From the NCBI GenBank assembly GCA_032718475.1, contig JAUCBJ010004452.1:33155-97154 (forward strand): DNA of 64,000 nucleotides, in the 5' to 3' direction. Made by a program: the position numbers and the translations under genes. Positions 35,291-50,261 of the stretch are shown here, piece by piece. Origin of the DNA: Nemertoderma westbladi. Lineage: Eukaryota; Animalia; Xenacoelomorpha. The notes beneath the pieces are model-generated. The model ran no database searches. It was not told where the DNA came from and saw only the letters and a list, made by a program, of their open reading frames with translations. Each line of letters starts with the position of its first letter. Positions within the stretch are counted from its first letter, which is position 1.

Positions 35291-38200
35291 TGTGTGGCGT
35301 CACATAGAAAGGGTTCAAATACCAAAAAAATCTATTTTCACTTTTTTAACGATTCTGGTACGAAATTTAACGGAGAATCTGAAACTGAAAACCGCAACTC
35401 GCCATCTTTTGTCGTTTTCGAAATATTGGCAAAATAAATACAACTAGTACTTTTCGTCTGAGAAAACCAAAATTGTGTTTAAATTTTATAATTTTTTAAA
35501 ACGGCTAGTTTGATAACGCTTTTTTGTGTATGTGGGTTCTCGAAGCCGCTGAATCCGATGGTAATATTTTTGAACTGATGCAACCAATGCCTGACTTGTT
35601 TTTTTCACTACTAGCACTTTTCATCAAAGAACCAAATTTTTAAATTTTCTAAAACGGCTAGTTTGATAGCGATTTTTTGTGTATGTGGTTTTTCGAAGCC
35701 ACTGAATCCAATGGTGACATTTTTGAACAGATGCAACTATTCCATGGCTTGTTTTTTTTCACTACCAGGATGTCTCATATTTTTCAAATCAAAGTAAAAT
35801 AAACAATAAAACCAGGATACAATATAATTCCATGTTCAAATCAATTCAATGTTGGTAATCAATAACATACCGCAGGGCGGCAGGTAGAGAAGCAATAATG
35901 TTATGTCGATGTGAACACAGAGTAATCATATGAATTTTAGGCCCTTTGATTGGTTGATTACATAAGAATAAGGAAGGCTGTAAGTACCTGAGATTGATTG
36001 GCTGTATTGTTTAAAAAGGAGCCTGTAAGGGATTTTTATATCATACAAAGATTGTATACAGTACAGTAATTTTACTAGGCAGGAGAAGATATACCCCATG
36101 CGGCATTGGAGTGTATTTGAACTGATTAAAATCATTTACAAGGGATCCTCTTGGTGGGATGAAACATTTCGTAATAGTACAGCCCGTGGCCGGCGTGAGG
36201 GAGGTGAACCCGGCCACTCCGAAGTCGAAGAATCTATAGCATATTGCTGAGATTGGGTGTCTGTAGCGGTTCTCCTAAACTAACCACTATTTTTCCTTTA
36301 TTTTTTCACCAGAGACGCTTCGACCGATTCTAAGACATTTGATCCATCTGGATTCTCCGATCTATCGGTTTGACGGACATTACGGACGATTGTCCGTCGT
36401 CTCCGCGAGAATTTACCATTAGAGTCTATGTAAAAAAAAAAAAATATCGCCCCAACGGACTAGGCGTCGCCCGGAATCGAAAGAGGGTTTAAAAATTAGA
36501 TTTCACATATTTTTGTTTTAAAAATGAAGTCGATTGTTTTCCAGCAAATGTCCGTCAAACTCGAGAAAACGGACAAAATGACTTTGCGGAATCCGCTATA
36601 ACTCGGACAATGTTAATCGTACGGAGACGAAAGTAACGCGGTTGGATAGGGAAAGAGTAGTACTACAGTCGTATCGAATGGGGGTAAGATATATATTAAT
36701 ATTTCGGGTAGAAAAAGGGGCCGTAACTTTTCCGTTTTTGTCCGTCTTTTATATATAATTAATATTTCCGAAATTTTTAATTCGAAAACGCCAGTAGGAT
36801 ACTGCCAATTCTTTTTCGGAAGGCGTAAAAGACCACAGGGGCTACATTACTATCGAATGGGGGTACAAAATATATGTAGGCAAAGGGGTCCAAAAAGGGC
36901 CAGATAATGATAAAGGATTTATAACTAATAACTTTTTAAGTTTTGACTCTAGAAGGTTAAGGTACATTTTATACGGTTAATATTGATACGGGCAATCCAA
37001 ATATTCGATTGGTTTTGCAGCGCAAATGATATAAAAAAAATGAGGGCCAATATTAAAATTTAGCGATTCAAACTCGCTGCGCGGGAACACGTTTAGCTCG
37101 AAAACTACTCAACGTCTGGTAAACGTATTTAAACATTCTTATAGAGCGTTAAATTATCTATCTTTCAGCGTTAGTTACAACGCCATAGCTATCATACAAC
37201 TGGTGCGGCACACGATCGTGTGAAATAAAATATTTATAAAAAGGGGCGAAAAAATTTATTTTTTTAATAAATCGCTACTCCATTATAATTTAGTGTATTG
37301 CGCCAAAAGTACATTTAAAATGTAGAAAATTACCTTCGCTATATTTTTTCTTAACATTTATAATTAAAATAATGAATTTTAAGGGCCGAAAAATATCGCG
37401 TAATTTTGGCCCTTTTTTTCATTTTTTTTTGGGGCCAAAAATGACCCCCTCTCAAAAGATAGAAAAAAAAATTACGGCAAAGAATATACCAATTTTATTA
37501 AATTTGGACCACCAGAACCGAAGTTAGAGCGATTTTAGTGAAAAAATAAAAAAAAATTTTTTTACAAAAAATTAAGAATGGTCTATATTGGATTTCGTAC
37601 CCGCGAACTTAGGTTTCATTAACGTGATTGATAACCACTAGACTATGTGACAAAGTGATTTCGAAATTTTCGAGTGACTATTTTTAAACATCAATAACTT
37701 CGGTTCTACTGGGCCGTTTGATCTGAAACTTTTTTCATTGGATAGAGGATAGATTGTAGTGTGTGAAATAGGATACAACTTGGGAAAAGACGCATGTGCA
37801 CTTAGTGCAAAATGCACTTAAATAGTGCACATATTTTCGATATTTCAAACACTATTAATTCCAGTTCTATTCATCGTAGAATGTAATTTTTTGGATTAAA
37901 ATGTAGTTTGGAGTGATTTCTAACTATAATCTTAACATTTGTTTAACTTTTTATGTCTATAAAGTGATTTAAAATGCCCATGAATATGGTCCAAAATCGC
38001 CAATGTCGAGATTTATTAAATCTGATTTTTGACACTTTTAGCGACTGACAATTGATCATGCACCAATATAGATCGGTAGAGGATAGACATAAGTGTGTTA
38101 AATAGGAACCACCTTTAGGATCCGCTAAAGTGCACTTTTGAAAATATGTGTTCAAATGTGCAATTTTGTTTAATAAGGTCAAATGGTGTATTATTGGGTT

Positions 38201-41200
38201 CTTTTCGTTGCAGATAGTTTATTTTCATATGAATATGTTGTTTGGACCTTACTGAGCGCATTAGGAGTATGTGTACAAATAACCGGTCCTTATAAGGGTT
38301 CGATTTGTTAAATTAATAAAAAATAAGGTTGAAATATTCTAAAAAACCAGTGTGATCTTAAATGAACTTTAAACAATAAATAGAGATCAGATAACAAATT
38401 GACCACACAATTTATTAAAAAACTCGAACCTTTTCCGACTTAATATATCGCTTCAATTTTATTCAACAGTGGATATTTGGGGGAAGTTAGATGAACTGCA
38501 TTTATGCAGTGATTCTAACTTCCCCCTTCGTAATATAATATACCAAAGGCACATTCTTTGGAGGACCTGTTGTTTACTATGTAGACTTTGTTTAACCTAA
38601 ACAACTTAAGTCAGATTAACAATATTATCCTGTAAAATTGCTAAGCAATTAGTGGTATGAATATTGCTGATCTTCGAACTATGGTTCTGTAATTAAATTT
38701 TATTAATTCAACATCTATAGGGATTTACCAGTGAAGAAACCTTGAATCCATTATCACAATGTAACAGTATCAATAACCATATCTATTCTATGTAGATCGT
38801 AACAAAGACAGCCTTGATTCATATATTATAATTTCCGAGCTGAAATGTTTCTGTGACTATAACTTACAGACTTCGTATTATGTACAAACGACTGAGTAGT
38901 ATATATTAATATTAATGGGTTACCGGTATATAGAACAAGTGTACACTGGGAGCGAAAATATATTACATAAAATTTAGAGTAATATAAAATTAACGAGTCC
39001 AGCTTCGTCTCCCCTCTTGTCATGTCATTCGACCCATACCCCATATCTTTCCTCCTCCCTCCATCACTTTTCCCTTTACCTCGTGGTATTTCGTTAAGTA
39101 TAACTTCATTTTGGGTCCGCCTTGGTGGGATGAAACATTTCGTAATAGTACAGCCCGTGGCCGGCGTGAGGGAGGTGAACCCGGCCACTCCGAAGTCGAA
39201 GAATCTATAGCATATTGCTGAGATTGGGTGTCTGTAGCGGTTCTCCTAAACTAACCACTATTTTTCCTTTATTTTTTCACCAGAGACGCTTCGACCGATT
39301 CTAAGACATTTGATCCATCTGGATTCTCCGATCTATCGGTTTGACGGACATTACGGACGATTGTCCGTCGTCTCCGCGAGAATTTACCATTAGAGTCTAT
39401 GTAAAAAAAAAAAAATATCGCCCCAACGGACTAGGCGTCGCGCGGAATCGAAAGAGGGTCTAAAAATTAGATTTCACATATTTTTTTTTTGAAAATTAAG
39501 TCGATGGTTTTGTAGCTAATGTCCGTCAAAGTCGAGAAAACGGACAAAATGACTTTGCGGGATGCGCTATAACTCGGCTAGTATTAATTGTACGGGGACG
39601 AAAGTAAGGCGGGTGGAAAGGGAAAGAGTGGTACTACCGTCGTATCGAATGGGGGTAAGATATTTATTAATATTTCGGGTGGAAAAAGGGGCCGTAAATT
39701 TTCAGTTTTTGTCCGTCATTTTTATATAATTAATATTTCCGAAATTATTAATTCGAAAACGCGGGTAGGAATCTGCCAATTATTTTTCGGAACGCGTAAA
39801 GGATCACAGGGGCTACATTCCTATCGAATGGGGGTACAAAAAATATGTCGGCAAAAGGGTCCAAAAAGGGCCAGAAACTGATAAAGAATTTATAGCTAAT
39901 AACGTTTAAAGTTTTGACTCTAGAAGGTTAAGGTGCATTTTATACGGTTAATATTGATACGGGCAATCCAAATATTCGATTGCTTTGGCTGCGCAAATGA
40001 TGTAAAAAAAATGAGGGCCAATATTAAAATTTCTTGTTTCAAACTCGCTGCGCGGGAACACGTCTAGCTCGAAAACTACTCAACGTCTGGGAGACGTATT
40101 TAAACATTTTTATAGAGCGTTAAATTATCTATCTTTCAGCGTTAGTTACAACGCCGTAGCTATTATACAACTGGTGCGGCAGACGATCGTGTGAAATAAA
40201 ATATTTATAAAAAGGGACAAAAAAATTTTTTTTTAAATAAATTGCTACTCCATTATAATTTAGTGTATTGCACCAAAACTACATTTAAAATGTAGAAAAT
40301 TACCTCCGCTATCTTTTTTCTTAACATTTATAATTAAAATTACGAATTTTAAGGGTCGAAAAATATCGCGTAATTTTGGCCCTTTTTTTTCCATTTTTTT
40401 GGGGCCAAAAATGACCCCCTCTCAAAAGATAGAAAAAAAAATTACGGCAAAGAATATACCAATTTTATTGAATTTGGACCACCAGAACCGAAGTTAGAGC
40501 GATTTTAGTGAAAAAATAAAAATATTTTTTTTTGCAAAAAATTAAGAATGGCCAATATTGGATTTCGTACCCTCGAACTTAGGTTTCATTAACGTGATTG
40601 ATGACCACTAGACTATGTGACCAAGTGGTTTTGAAATTTTCGAGTGACTATATTTAAACATCAATAACTGCGGTTCTACTCGTCCGTTTGATCTGAAACT
40701 TTTTTCATTGGATAGAGGATAGGTTGTAGTGTGCGAAATAGGAAACAACTTGGGAAAAGACGCATGTGCACTTAGTGCAAAATGCACTTAAAAAGTGCAC
40801 ATTTTTTCGATATTTCAAACACTATTATTTTCAGTTCTATTCATCATAGAATGTTATTTTTTGGATTAAAATGTAGTTTAGTGTGATTTCTAACTATAAG
40901 CTTAACATTTGTTTACCTTTTTATGTCTATAAAGTGACTTAAAATGTCCATGAATATGGTCCAAAATCGCAAATGTCGCGATTTATTAAATTTCATTTTT
41001 GAAACTTTTAGCAACAGACACTTGATCATGCACCGTCGTAGATCGGTAGAGGATAAACATAAGTTTGTTAAATAAGATCCACCATTAGGATCTGCTAAAG
41101 TGCACTTGTGCAAATAAGTGTGCAAAAGTGCAAATTTTAAATGAGATCAAATTGTATAGTATTGGGTTCTTTTCGTTGGAGATACTTTATTTTCATATTA

Positions 41201-44200
41201 ATATGTTGTTTGAACCTTACTGAGCGCATTAGGGACATGTGTACAAATAACTGGTCCTTATAAGGGTTCGATTGGGTAAATTAATAAAATATAAGGTTAT
41301 AATATTCTAAAAAACCAGTATGATATTAAATCCACTTTAAACAATAAATAGAGATCAAAAAACAATTGGACCACACAATTAAAAACTCTCACAATTTTGG
41401 ACTTAATAATATCCCTTCAAATTTATTCAATAGTGGATATTTGGGGGAAGTTAGATGAACTGCATTTATGCAGTGAATCTAACTTCCCCCTTCAAGATAT
41501 AATTTACCAAAGGCACACGCTTTAGAGGACCTGTTGTTTACTACGCAGGGTTCGTTGAAACTATACGACTTCACTCAGATTGACAATACATTGTACAATT
41601 TCTAAGCTATGAGTGGTATAAAATGCAGACCTTCAAACTTTGGTTCTGGAATTAAATTTTATTACTTCAACATTTATAGGGATTTACCAGTGAAAGAATC
41701 CTATAATCCATCGTCACAATATAACGGTTTCAATAACCATATCTATTCTATGTAGATCGTAACAAATACAGCCTCGATTCATATATTATAATTTCAGAGC
41801 TGAAATGTTTCAGTAACTATAACTTACAGACTTCGTAGTATGTACAAACGATAATGTAGTATATATTAATATTCATGGGTAACCAGTATATAGACTATAG
41901 AGCAAGCATTCAGTCGAAGCAAAAATATATTACTTAAAATAACAAGTAATATAAAATTAACGAGATCAGCTTTTCTTCCCTCATCATGTCTTTCGACCCA
42001 TACCCCATATCTTTCCTCTTCCCTCCATCACTTTTCCCTTTACCTCGTGGTCTTTCGTAAAGTATATTTTCATTGAGGGGCCCGCCTTGGTGGGATGATA
42101 TATTTCGTTATAGTACAGCCAGTGGCCGGCGTGAGGGAGGTGAACCCGGCCACTACCCACACCGCAGGATCTATAACTTATTGCTAAAAACATATGTCTG
42201 TGCCTGATCTCGTAAACTAACCACTATTTTTCCTTCATTTTTTCACCAAAGACGCTTCGGCCGATTCTAAGACATTTGATCCATCTGGATTCTCCGATCT
42301 ATCGGTTTGACGGACATTACGGACGATTGTCCGTCGTCTCCGCGGGAATTCACCATTAGGGTCTATGTAAAAAAAAATAAATATCGCCCCAACGGACTAG
42401 GCGTCGCGCGGAATCGAAAGAGGGTCTAAAAATTAGATTTCACATATTTTTGTTTTGAAAATTAAGTCCATGGTTTTGTAGCTAATGTCCGTCAAAGTCG
42501 AGAAAACGGACAAAATGACTTTGCGGGATGCGCTATAACTCGGCTAGTATTAATTGTACGGGGACGAAAGTAAGGCGGGTGGAAAGGGAAAGAGTGGTAC
42601 TACCTTTGTATCGAATGGGGGTAAGATATTTATTAATATGTCGGGTCGTAAAAGGGGTCGTAATTTTTCCGTTTTTGTCCGTCTTTTTTAAATAATTAAT
42701 ATTTCCGAAATTTTTAATTCGAAAACGCTAGTAGGAATCTGCCAATTCTTTTTCGGAACGAGTAAAGGATCACAGGGGCTACATTCCTATCGAATGGGGG
42801 TACAGAAATTATGTCGGCAAAAGGGTCCAAATAGGGCCAGAATATGATAAATGATTTATAACTAATAACTTTTTAATTTTTAACTCTAGACGGTTAAGGT
42901 GCATTTTATACGGTTAATATTGATACGGGCAATCCAAATATTCGATTGGATTTGCTGCACAAATGATATAAAAAAAATGAGGGCCAATATTAAAATTTCG
43001 CGTTTCAAACTGGCTGCGCGGGAATACGTCTAGCTCGAAAACTACTCAACGTCTGGGAGACGCATTTAAACATTCTTATAGAGCGTTAAATTATCTATCT
43101 TTCAGCATTAGTTATAACGCCGTAGCTATTATACAACTGGTGCGGCAGACGATCGTGTGAAATAAAATATTTATAAAAAGGGACGAAAAATTTTTTTTCT
43201 AAATAAAGCGCTACTCCATTATAATTTAGCGTATTGCGCCAAAACTACATTTAAAATGAAGAAAATTACCTCTGCTATCTTTATTCTTAACATTTATAAT
43301 TAAAATTACGAATTTTAAGGGTCGAAAAATATCGCGTAATTTTGGCCCTTTTTTTTCATTTTTTTGGGGCCAAAAATGACCCCCTCTCAAAAGATAGAAA
43401 AAAAAATTACGGCAAAGAATATACCAATTTTATTGAATTTGGACCACCAGAACCGAAGTTAGAGCGATTTTAGTGAAAAAATAAAAAAAAATTTTTTTAC
43501 AAAAAATTAAGAATGGCCAATATTGGATTTCGCACCCGCGAGCTTAGGTTTCATTAACGTGATTGATAACCACTAGACTATGTGACCAAGTGAATTTGAA
43601 ATTTTCGGGTGACTATTTTTAAACATCAATAACTTCGGTTCTACTGGGCCGTTTGATCTGAAACTTTTTTCATTGGATAGAGGATAGATTGTAGTGTGTG
43701 AAATATGAAACAACTTGGGAAAAGACGCATGTGCACTTAGTGCAAAATGCACTTAAATAGTGGACATTTTTTCGATATTTCAAACACTATTATTTCCAGT
43801 TCTATTCATCGTAAAATGTTATTACTTGGGTTAAAATGTAGGTTGGAGTGATTTCTAACTATAATCTTAACATTTGTTTATCTTTTTATGTCTATAAAGT
43901 GACTTAAAATGTCCATGAATATGGTCCAAAATCGCAAATGTCGCGATTTATTAAATTGGATTTTTGACACTTTTAGCGACTGACACTTGATCATGGACCA
44001 TCGTAGATCGGTAGAGGATAGACATAATTGTATTAAATAGGAACCACCTTTAGGATCCGCTAAAGTGCACTTGTGCAAATATGTGTGCAAATGTGCAATT
44101 TTTTTAATAAGGTCAAATGGTGTATTATTGGGTTCTTTTCGTTGCAGATAGTTTATTTTCATATTAATATGTTGTTTGGACCTTACTGAGCGCATTAGGA

Positions 44201-47200
44201 GTATGTGTACAAATAACCGTTCCATATAATGGTTCGATTTGTTAAATTAATAAAAAATAAGGTTGAAATATTCTAAAAAACCAGTGTGATCTTAAATGAA
44301 CTTTAAACAATAAATAGAGATCAGATAACAAATGGACCACACAATTTATTAAAAAACTAGCACCTTTTCGGACTTAATATATCGCTTCAATTTTATTAAA
44401 CAGTGGATATTTGGGGGAAGTTAGATGAACTGCATTTATGCAGTGATTCTAACTTCCCCCTTCGTAATATGATTACCAAAGGCACATTCTTTGGAGGACC
44501 CGTTGTTTACTATGTAGACTTTGTTCAACCTAAACAACTTAAGTCAGATTAACAATATTGTCCTGTAAAATTGCTAAGCAATGAGTGGTATGAATAATGC
44601 TGATCTTCGAACTATGGTTCTGGAATTAAATTTTATTAATTCAACATCTATAGGGATTTACCAGTGAAAGAATCCTATAATCCATCGTCACAATATAACG
44701 GTTTCAATAACCATATCTATTCTATGTAGATCGTAACAAAGACAGCCTCGATTCATATATTATAATTTCCGAGCTGAAATGTTTCGGTGACTATAACTTA
44801 CAGACTTCGTAATATGTACAAACTATAATGTAGTATATATTAATATTCATGGGTAACCAGTATATAGACTATAGAGCAAGAATTCAGTCGGAGCAAAAAT
44901 ATATTACTTAAAATAACAAGTAATATAAAATTAACGAGATCAGCTTTTCTTCCCTTATCATGTCTTTCGACCCATACCCCATATATTTCCTCTTCAATCA
45001 CTTTTCCCTTTACCTCGTGGTCTTTCGTTAAGTATATTTTCATTGAGGGGCCCACCTTGGTGGGATAAATATTTCTCCATTTGACGCAACACCGCCGCGG
45101 CCGCTATGAGGGAGGTGAATACCGCGGCCGCTCCTAAAGCCGCAGGCCATCGCTAACTATATAGGTTAACTTGGGATTCTGGGGGACTTTTCGATGAAGG
45201 AACTGACCAATTTTTTTTATTTTCGCACCAGGGGAGCGGCTCGGAATTCTAAGATATTAGCAACTCTAACATTAGCAAATCTATCCCCTCGACGGACACG
45301 GCGGACAAAAAACCGTCATTTTTTCGACTTTTTTAAAAAAATTTTGAAAGGCGCTCTACAGTGGCTCGAAAAAACCATAGGTTATTGCTTAGCCGACGCC
45401 GGGATGCGATAGAAGGGATTAATTGGTGAATTCGTTTTTTTTTTCAAAAAAGATTACCACGCCTTTTTCCCGAAATTGTCCGTCAAAGTTGAAAAAACGG
45501 ACAAAATGACTTTGCAGGATCCGCTATAACTCGGCTAATATTAATCGTACGGGGACGAAAGTAACGCGGTTGGAAAGGGGAAGAGTGGTACTACCTTCGT
45601 ATCGAATGGGGGTAAGATATTTATTAAAATTTCGGGTGGAAAAAGGGGCCGTAAATTTGTACGTTTTTGTCCGTCTTTTTTGGAACACTTATTTCCGAAA
45701 TGTTTAATTCGACAACGCGGGTAGGAATCCACTAATTCTTTTATGAAACTCGTAGAAGACCATTGGGGCTACGTTCCTATCGAATGGGGGTACAAAAAAT
45801 ATGTCGGCAATAGGGGCCAAAAAGGGCCAGAATTTGTAAAGTAGTTTTTATCGAATAATTTTTTATTTTTAACTTTAGTTGGTTAAGGTACATTCTATGT
45901 GGTCAATATCGATACGGGGAATTCAAATATGCTATCGGTTTTGCTCCAAGGATGATATTAAAAAAATGAGGGCCAAAATTATAATTTCGCGCTTCAAACT
46001 CGCTTTGCGGGAAATCGTCTAGCTCGAAAACTACTTAACTTACGGGAGATTTGTTTACACAGACTTATAGTGCGTTAAATTATCTATCTAACAGCGTTAA
46101 TTAGAGCGCCGGAGGTATTATAAAACTGGAGCGGCAGACGATCGTGTGAAATATAATATTTATAAAAAGGGACGAAAATTTTTTTTTTTTAACAAATCGC
46201 TATTCCATTATAATTTAGCGTATTGCTCCAAAAGTACCTGTAAAAGGTATCAAATTAACTCCGCTAACATATATAATTAAAATTACGAATTTTAAGGGTC
46301 GAAAAATATCGCGTTATTTTTGCCCTTTATTTTAATTTTTTTGGGGCCAATAATAACCCCTTCTCAAAAGATTAAGAAAAAAATTACGGCAAAGAATATA
46401 CCAATTTTATCGAATTTGGACCACGAAGTTAGAGCGATTTTAGTGAAAAAATAAAAATAATTTTTTTTTGCAAAAAATTAAGAATGGTCAATATTGGATT
46501 TCGAACCCTCGAACTTAGGTTTCATTAACGTGATTGATAACCACTAGACTATCTGACCAAGAGAATTTGAAATTTTCGAGTGACTATTTTTAAACATCAA
46601 TAACTTCGGTTCTACAGGGCCGTTTAATCTGAAACTTTTTTCATTGGATAGAGGATAGATTGTAGTGTGTGAAATAGGATAAAACTTGGGAAAAGACTTA
46701 TGTGCACTTAGTGCAAAATGCACTTAAATAGTGAACATTTTTTCGATATTTCAAACACTATTATATCCAGTTCTATTCGTTGTAGAATGTTTGGATTAAA
46801 ATGTAGTTTTGAATGATTTCTAACTATAATCGTAACATTTGTTTAATTTTTTATATCTATAAAGTGACTTAAAATGTCCATGAATATGGTCCAAAATCGC
46901 AAATATCGAGATTTATTAAATTGGATTTTTGACACTTTTAGCGACTGACACTTGATCATACACCATCGTAGATCGGTAGAGGATAAACATAAGTTTGTTA
47001 AATAAGAGCCACCATTACGATCTGCTAAAGTGCATTTGTACGAATAAGTGTGCAAAAGTACAAATTTTTTAATAAGGTCAAATTATATAGTATTGGGTTC
47101 TTTTCTTTGCAAATACTTTATTTTCATATTAATACGTTGTTTGAACCTTACTGAGCGCATTAGGGGATATGCGTACAAATAACCGGCCCTTATGAGGCTT

Positions 47201-48402
47201 CGATTGGGTAAATTAATAAAACATAAGGTTGTATAGTATAATATTCTAAAAACCAGTGTGATATTAAATGCACTTTAAATAATAAATAGAAATCAAATAA
47301 CAATTGGACCACACAATTAAAAACTCGCACAATTTTGTACTTATTATATCGCTTCAAATTAATTCAACAGTGGATATTGGGGGAAGGGGGAAGTTACAGT
47401 GTGCATTCGGGGGAAGTTTGGTGAACTGCATTTATGCAGTGAATCCAAACTTCCCCCTTTTAGATATCATATACTTAAGACATGCTAGGGTGACGGGGAA
47501 ATATTAGTTACTGTCACACTTTGCTTCCATTTATCCTATCCTTTATTATTACCCCAGTCAGATAAGAGATAATAAATCAGTAAAAACTAAACTAAACTGT
47601 CTTTCATGCAAACAAATTTCTAACTAAAGACGGGTGATTGACCATGACCATGGAAATAATTTTAAATATAATTGTATATCAACTATTTGGGGAGGCTTCC
47701 AAGTTAAACCCGAAAACAATTATTTTGTTACATATGTAGTAAATAACGTTGTATGTTCTTCTTCCTCTCATAATAAAATATAAATGAAATATCTCAGATC
47801 GCTATGCCCTGTAACATTTCACAACCAAAATATTTAAGTGTGAAAAGTGTAGGCCTACCACACTCCGCCCAAACAACCGCAAACGCATAGCCAACAAATT
47901 TAACAAAAGGTTACATACATGTTGGGTTCATGACGAGATGAGTGAAAATTGATCGCGTAATATAAAGTAAAAAATTAAGAGACGGGCTGGCTCTCCTCCA
48001 CTTTCTTACCCAATGGATATGTTGTTGTAATAATCTAATATTGGGGCGGCTTTCTCTCGGTGGTGCTTGAGAGAAGTAGAAGTAGAAAAGAAGTAGTGAC
48101 GCTGTGATGGGTTACATGTCACATAATATTGCATGGTAGTTTTATACTTAAAATTATTTTATAAATGAAACTTCAATTTTGCATTAATATAGCTCGTCCT
48201 GATTAACACGTGCTGTTTTGATATGTCGTTTTTTGAATTCATCTCAAAAAGTAGAACATATTTAAAAAAAAAATTTTTAATTTCGACATCTTTTAAGTGT
48301 GTTTTTCTGAAAAAAGGAATTTTCGAAAAAAAAAATTTTTAAACACGTTTTCTGCAAAATCACTTTACTGAGGATTGAACCCTTTCTATGTGACGCCACA
48401 CA
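35291..48402. mobile_element. 13.1-kb non-autonomous TIR DNA element (TA-flanked) in caspase intron 1
   Basis: 28-bp perfect inverted repeat TGTGTGGCGTCACATAGAAAGGGTTCAA (35291-35318 / 48375-48402), TA on both sides; no transposase ORF seen. Confidence 0.75.
36150..47475. repeat. Tandem array of ~2.97-kb non-coding units (3.8 copies)
   Basis: The marker CTTGGTGGGAT recurs at 36150, 39121, 42086 and 45056; collinear throughout; only short repeated ORFs. Confidence 0.95.
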
Positions 48403-49204
48403 TATTGAAAGATTTGACACTAAATTGCCAAAGTTTTAATAGGTCAGTAGGTTATACCAGTATACTGTTGTAATAATAATAAAGTCAATTTTAATTTTAA
48501 TGTAAAAAAATTGGTCAAAATATTCAGTTTTTACTAAAAGAAAGGAGGAAACTCGGCTACGGTACAGCGGTACTACTGTAAGAACTGCGGTTTTTGTGGG
48601 TCCATCTATCATCTGACTGAAAGTAATAATTATTTTATTACATAGGAAAAAAGTAGAACTTTTTTTCGCTATCAGACTATTCTTGAGGCATTTTATCTAC
48701 ACTGTACAGACAGACAGACAGAGCGTCACCGAGGTTAATAAAGGGTCGAGAGAATATTGAAAAAAAAAACGTTCTACGTTTTTTCCCCATGTAATATGTG
48801 ATTTTATTCTTAAATTGTTACTTTTTGTTGCTCAATTCTTTAACCTTTTAATAAACTGATAAAAGATAGAGCGATATAGTGCTGTAGTATTACAAAATAA
48901 ATTGATCTGTAGTATTTTACTATATTGCTTCCATAGTTAGTGCGATTTCAATTATTGTACTCTTCAAATCCTGATGCTGCCTTATTCAATGTTAAATAGT
49001 TTAGTGTTCTCGAATATTTATTATGTAACTGAGAGCCGCTTAAAACCCTTTATTGCACCGAGCAGACGATTTTAGTGAAAAAAATTAAATTTTTGTTATT
49101 TGGTAATAAAATGGTGTCATTACTGTGAAATATAACAAAAAAAGCCAAAATTTTATGATTTTGTGTGTTTTCACAACACGTTTGTTCCACTTCTTTCAAC
49201 TGTT

Positions 49205-49575
49205 TGTATGTCTATCTACCTGCCTAACTGTCTGTTCGTCTGTCTGTCGTCTGTCTGTATATTTGTCTGCCTGTCTATCTGTAGTCTGTCTGTCTGTCTG
49301 CATGCCTGACTGTTTGTCGGGGTCTGTCTATCTGCCTGTATGTATGTCTGTCTGTCTGTCTGACTGACTGTCTGTCTGCATGCCTGACTGTTTGTCGGCG
49401 TCTTTCTATCTGCCTGTATGTATGTCTGTTTGACTGACTGTCTGTCTGCATGCCTGACTGTTTGTCGGGGTCTGTCTGTATGTATGTCTGTTTGTCTGCA
49501 TGCCTGACTGTTTGTCGGGTCTGTCTGTCTCTCTGTCAGTGTGTATCTCTGTCTGTCTGTCTGTATTTCTGTCTG
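49205..49575. repeat. Degenerate (TGTC)n microsatellite-like tract
   Basis: Directly visible. Confidence 0.85.
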
Positions 49576-50261
49576 GTTTCTAAAATGGAGTTCCTTGTGA
49601 TTTCAGTTCATATTTATTTCCAAATTATCCTAATAATTCCTAATATTTCCTAATAATATAATAGTTCCTAGTATTTCATAATAGTTCCTAAAGGTGGAAT
49701 CTGTGTACCACTATTAAGTAAATTAAATTCATATTTAAATAATTAGCATCAATGTAATTAATTAACCTAATTAACTAGTAATAACCAATAATTAGTCTCC
49801 CAATTAATTAACTAAAATCATTGAAAGACCAAAAAATCTCTACACTTAAAAATGTCCTACGAAACTGTAATTTTCTTAGTAATTTTATTACTTAATTAAT
49901 TAATTAGCCTAATCACTTATTAAATAATTAATCTAATTAAATCATTAATTAGCTCTAAATAACTCTTAAGTCTATAGAAAAAACAATGGTGTAAGGACTT
50001 TCAGCCACAACAAGTGTTATAGTGTATTGCAGACGTTTCAATAAACAATGTTTATCTTTATCAATGCAGTACTGATTAATGTTGTAGGTACACTACCGGT
50101 ACATATAGTGGACGACACGACATATCGAATTTACTTTACATTCTACAGCAATGTCCAATTTTGTCGTACATTGTACTACGTACTATACAATTTTACTAAA
50201 TTAAGACAACGTACTTGTTTATAACTCTCGCTCTACAGTGTGTTATTGATTATGTTTGTAG

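Noticed and set aside
37943-38182. Short ORF repeated in each 3-kb unit (CTLADPKGGSY…)
   Set aside because: Variable starts, no domain; conservation is explained by the DNA repeat.
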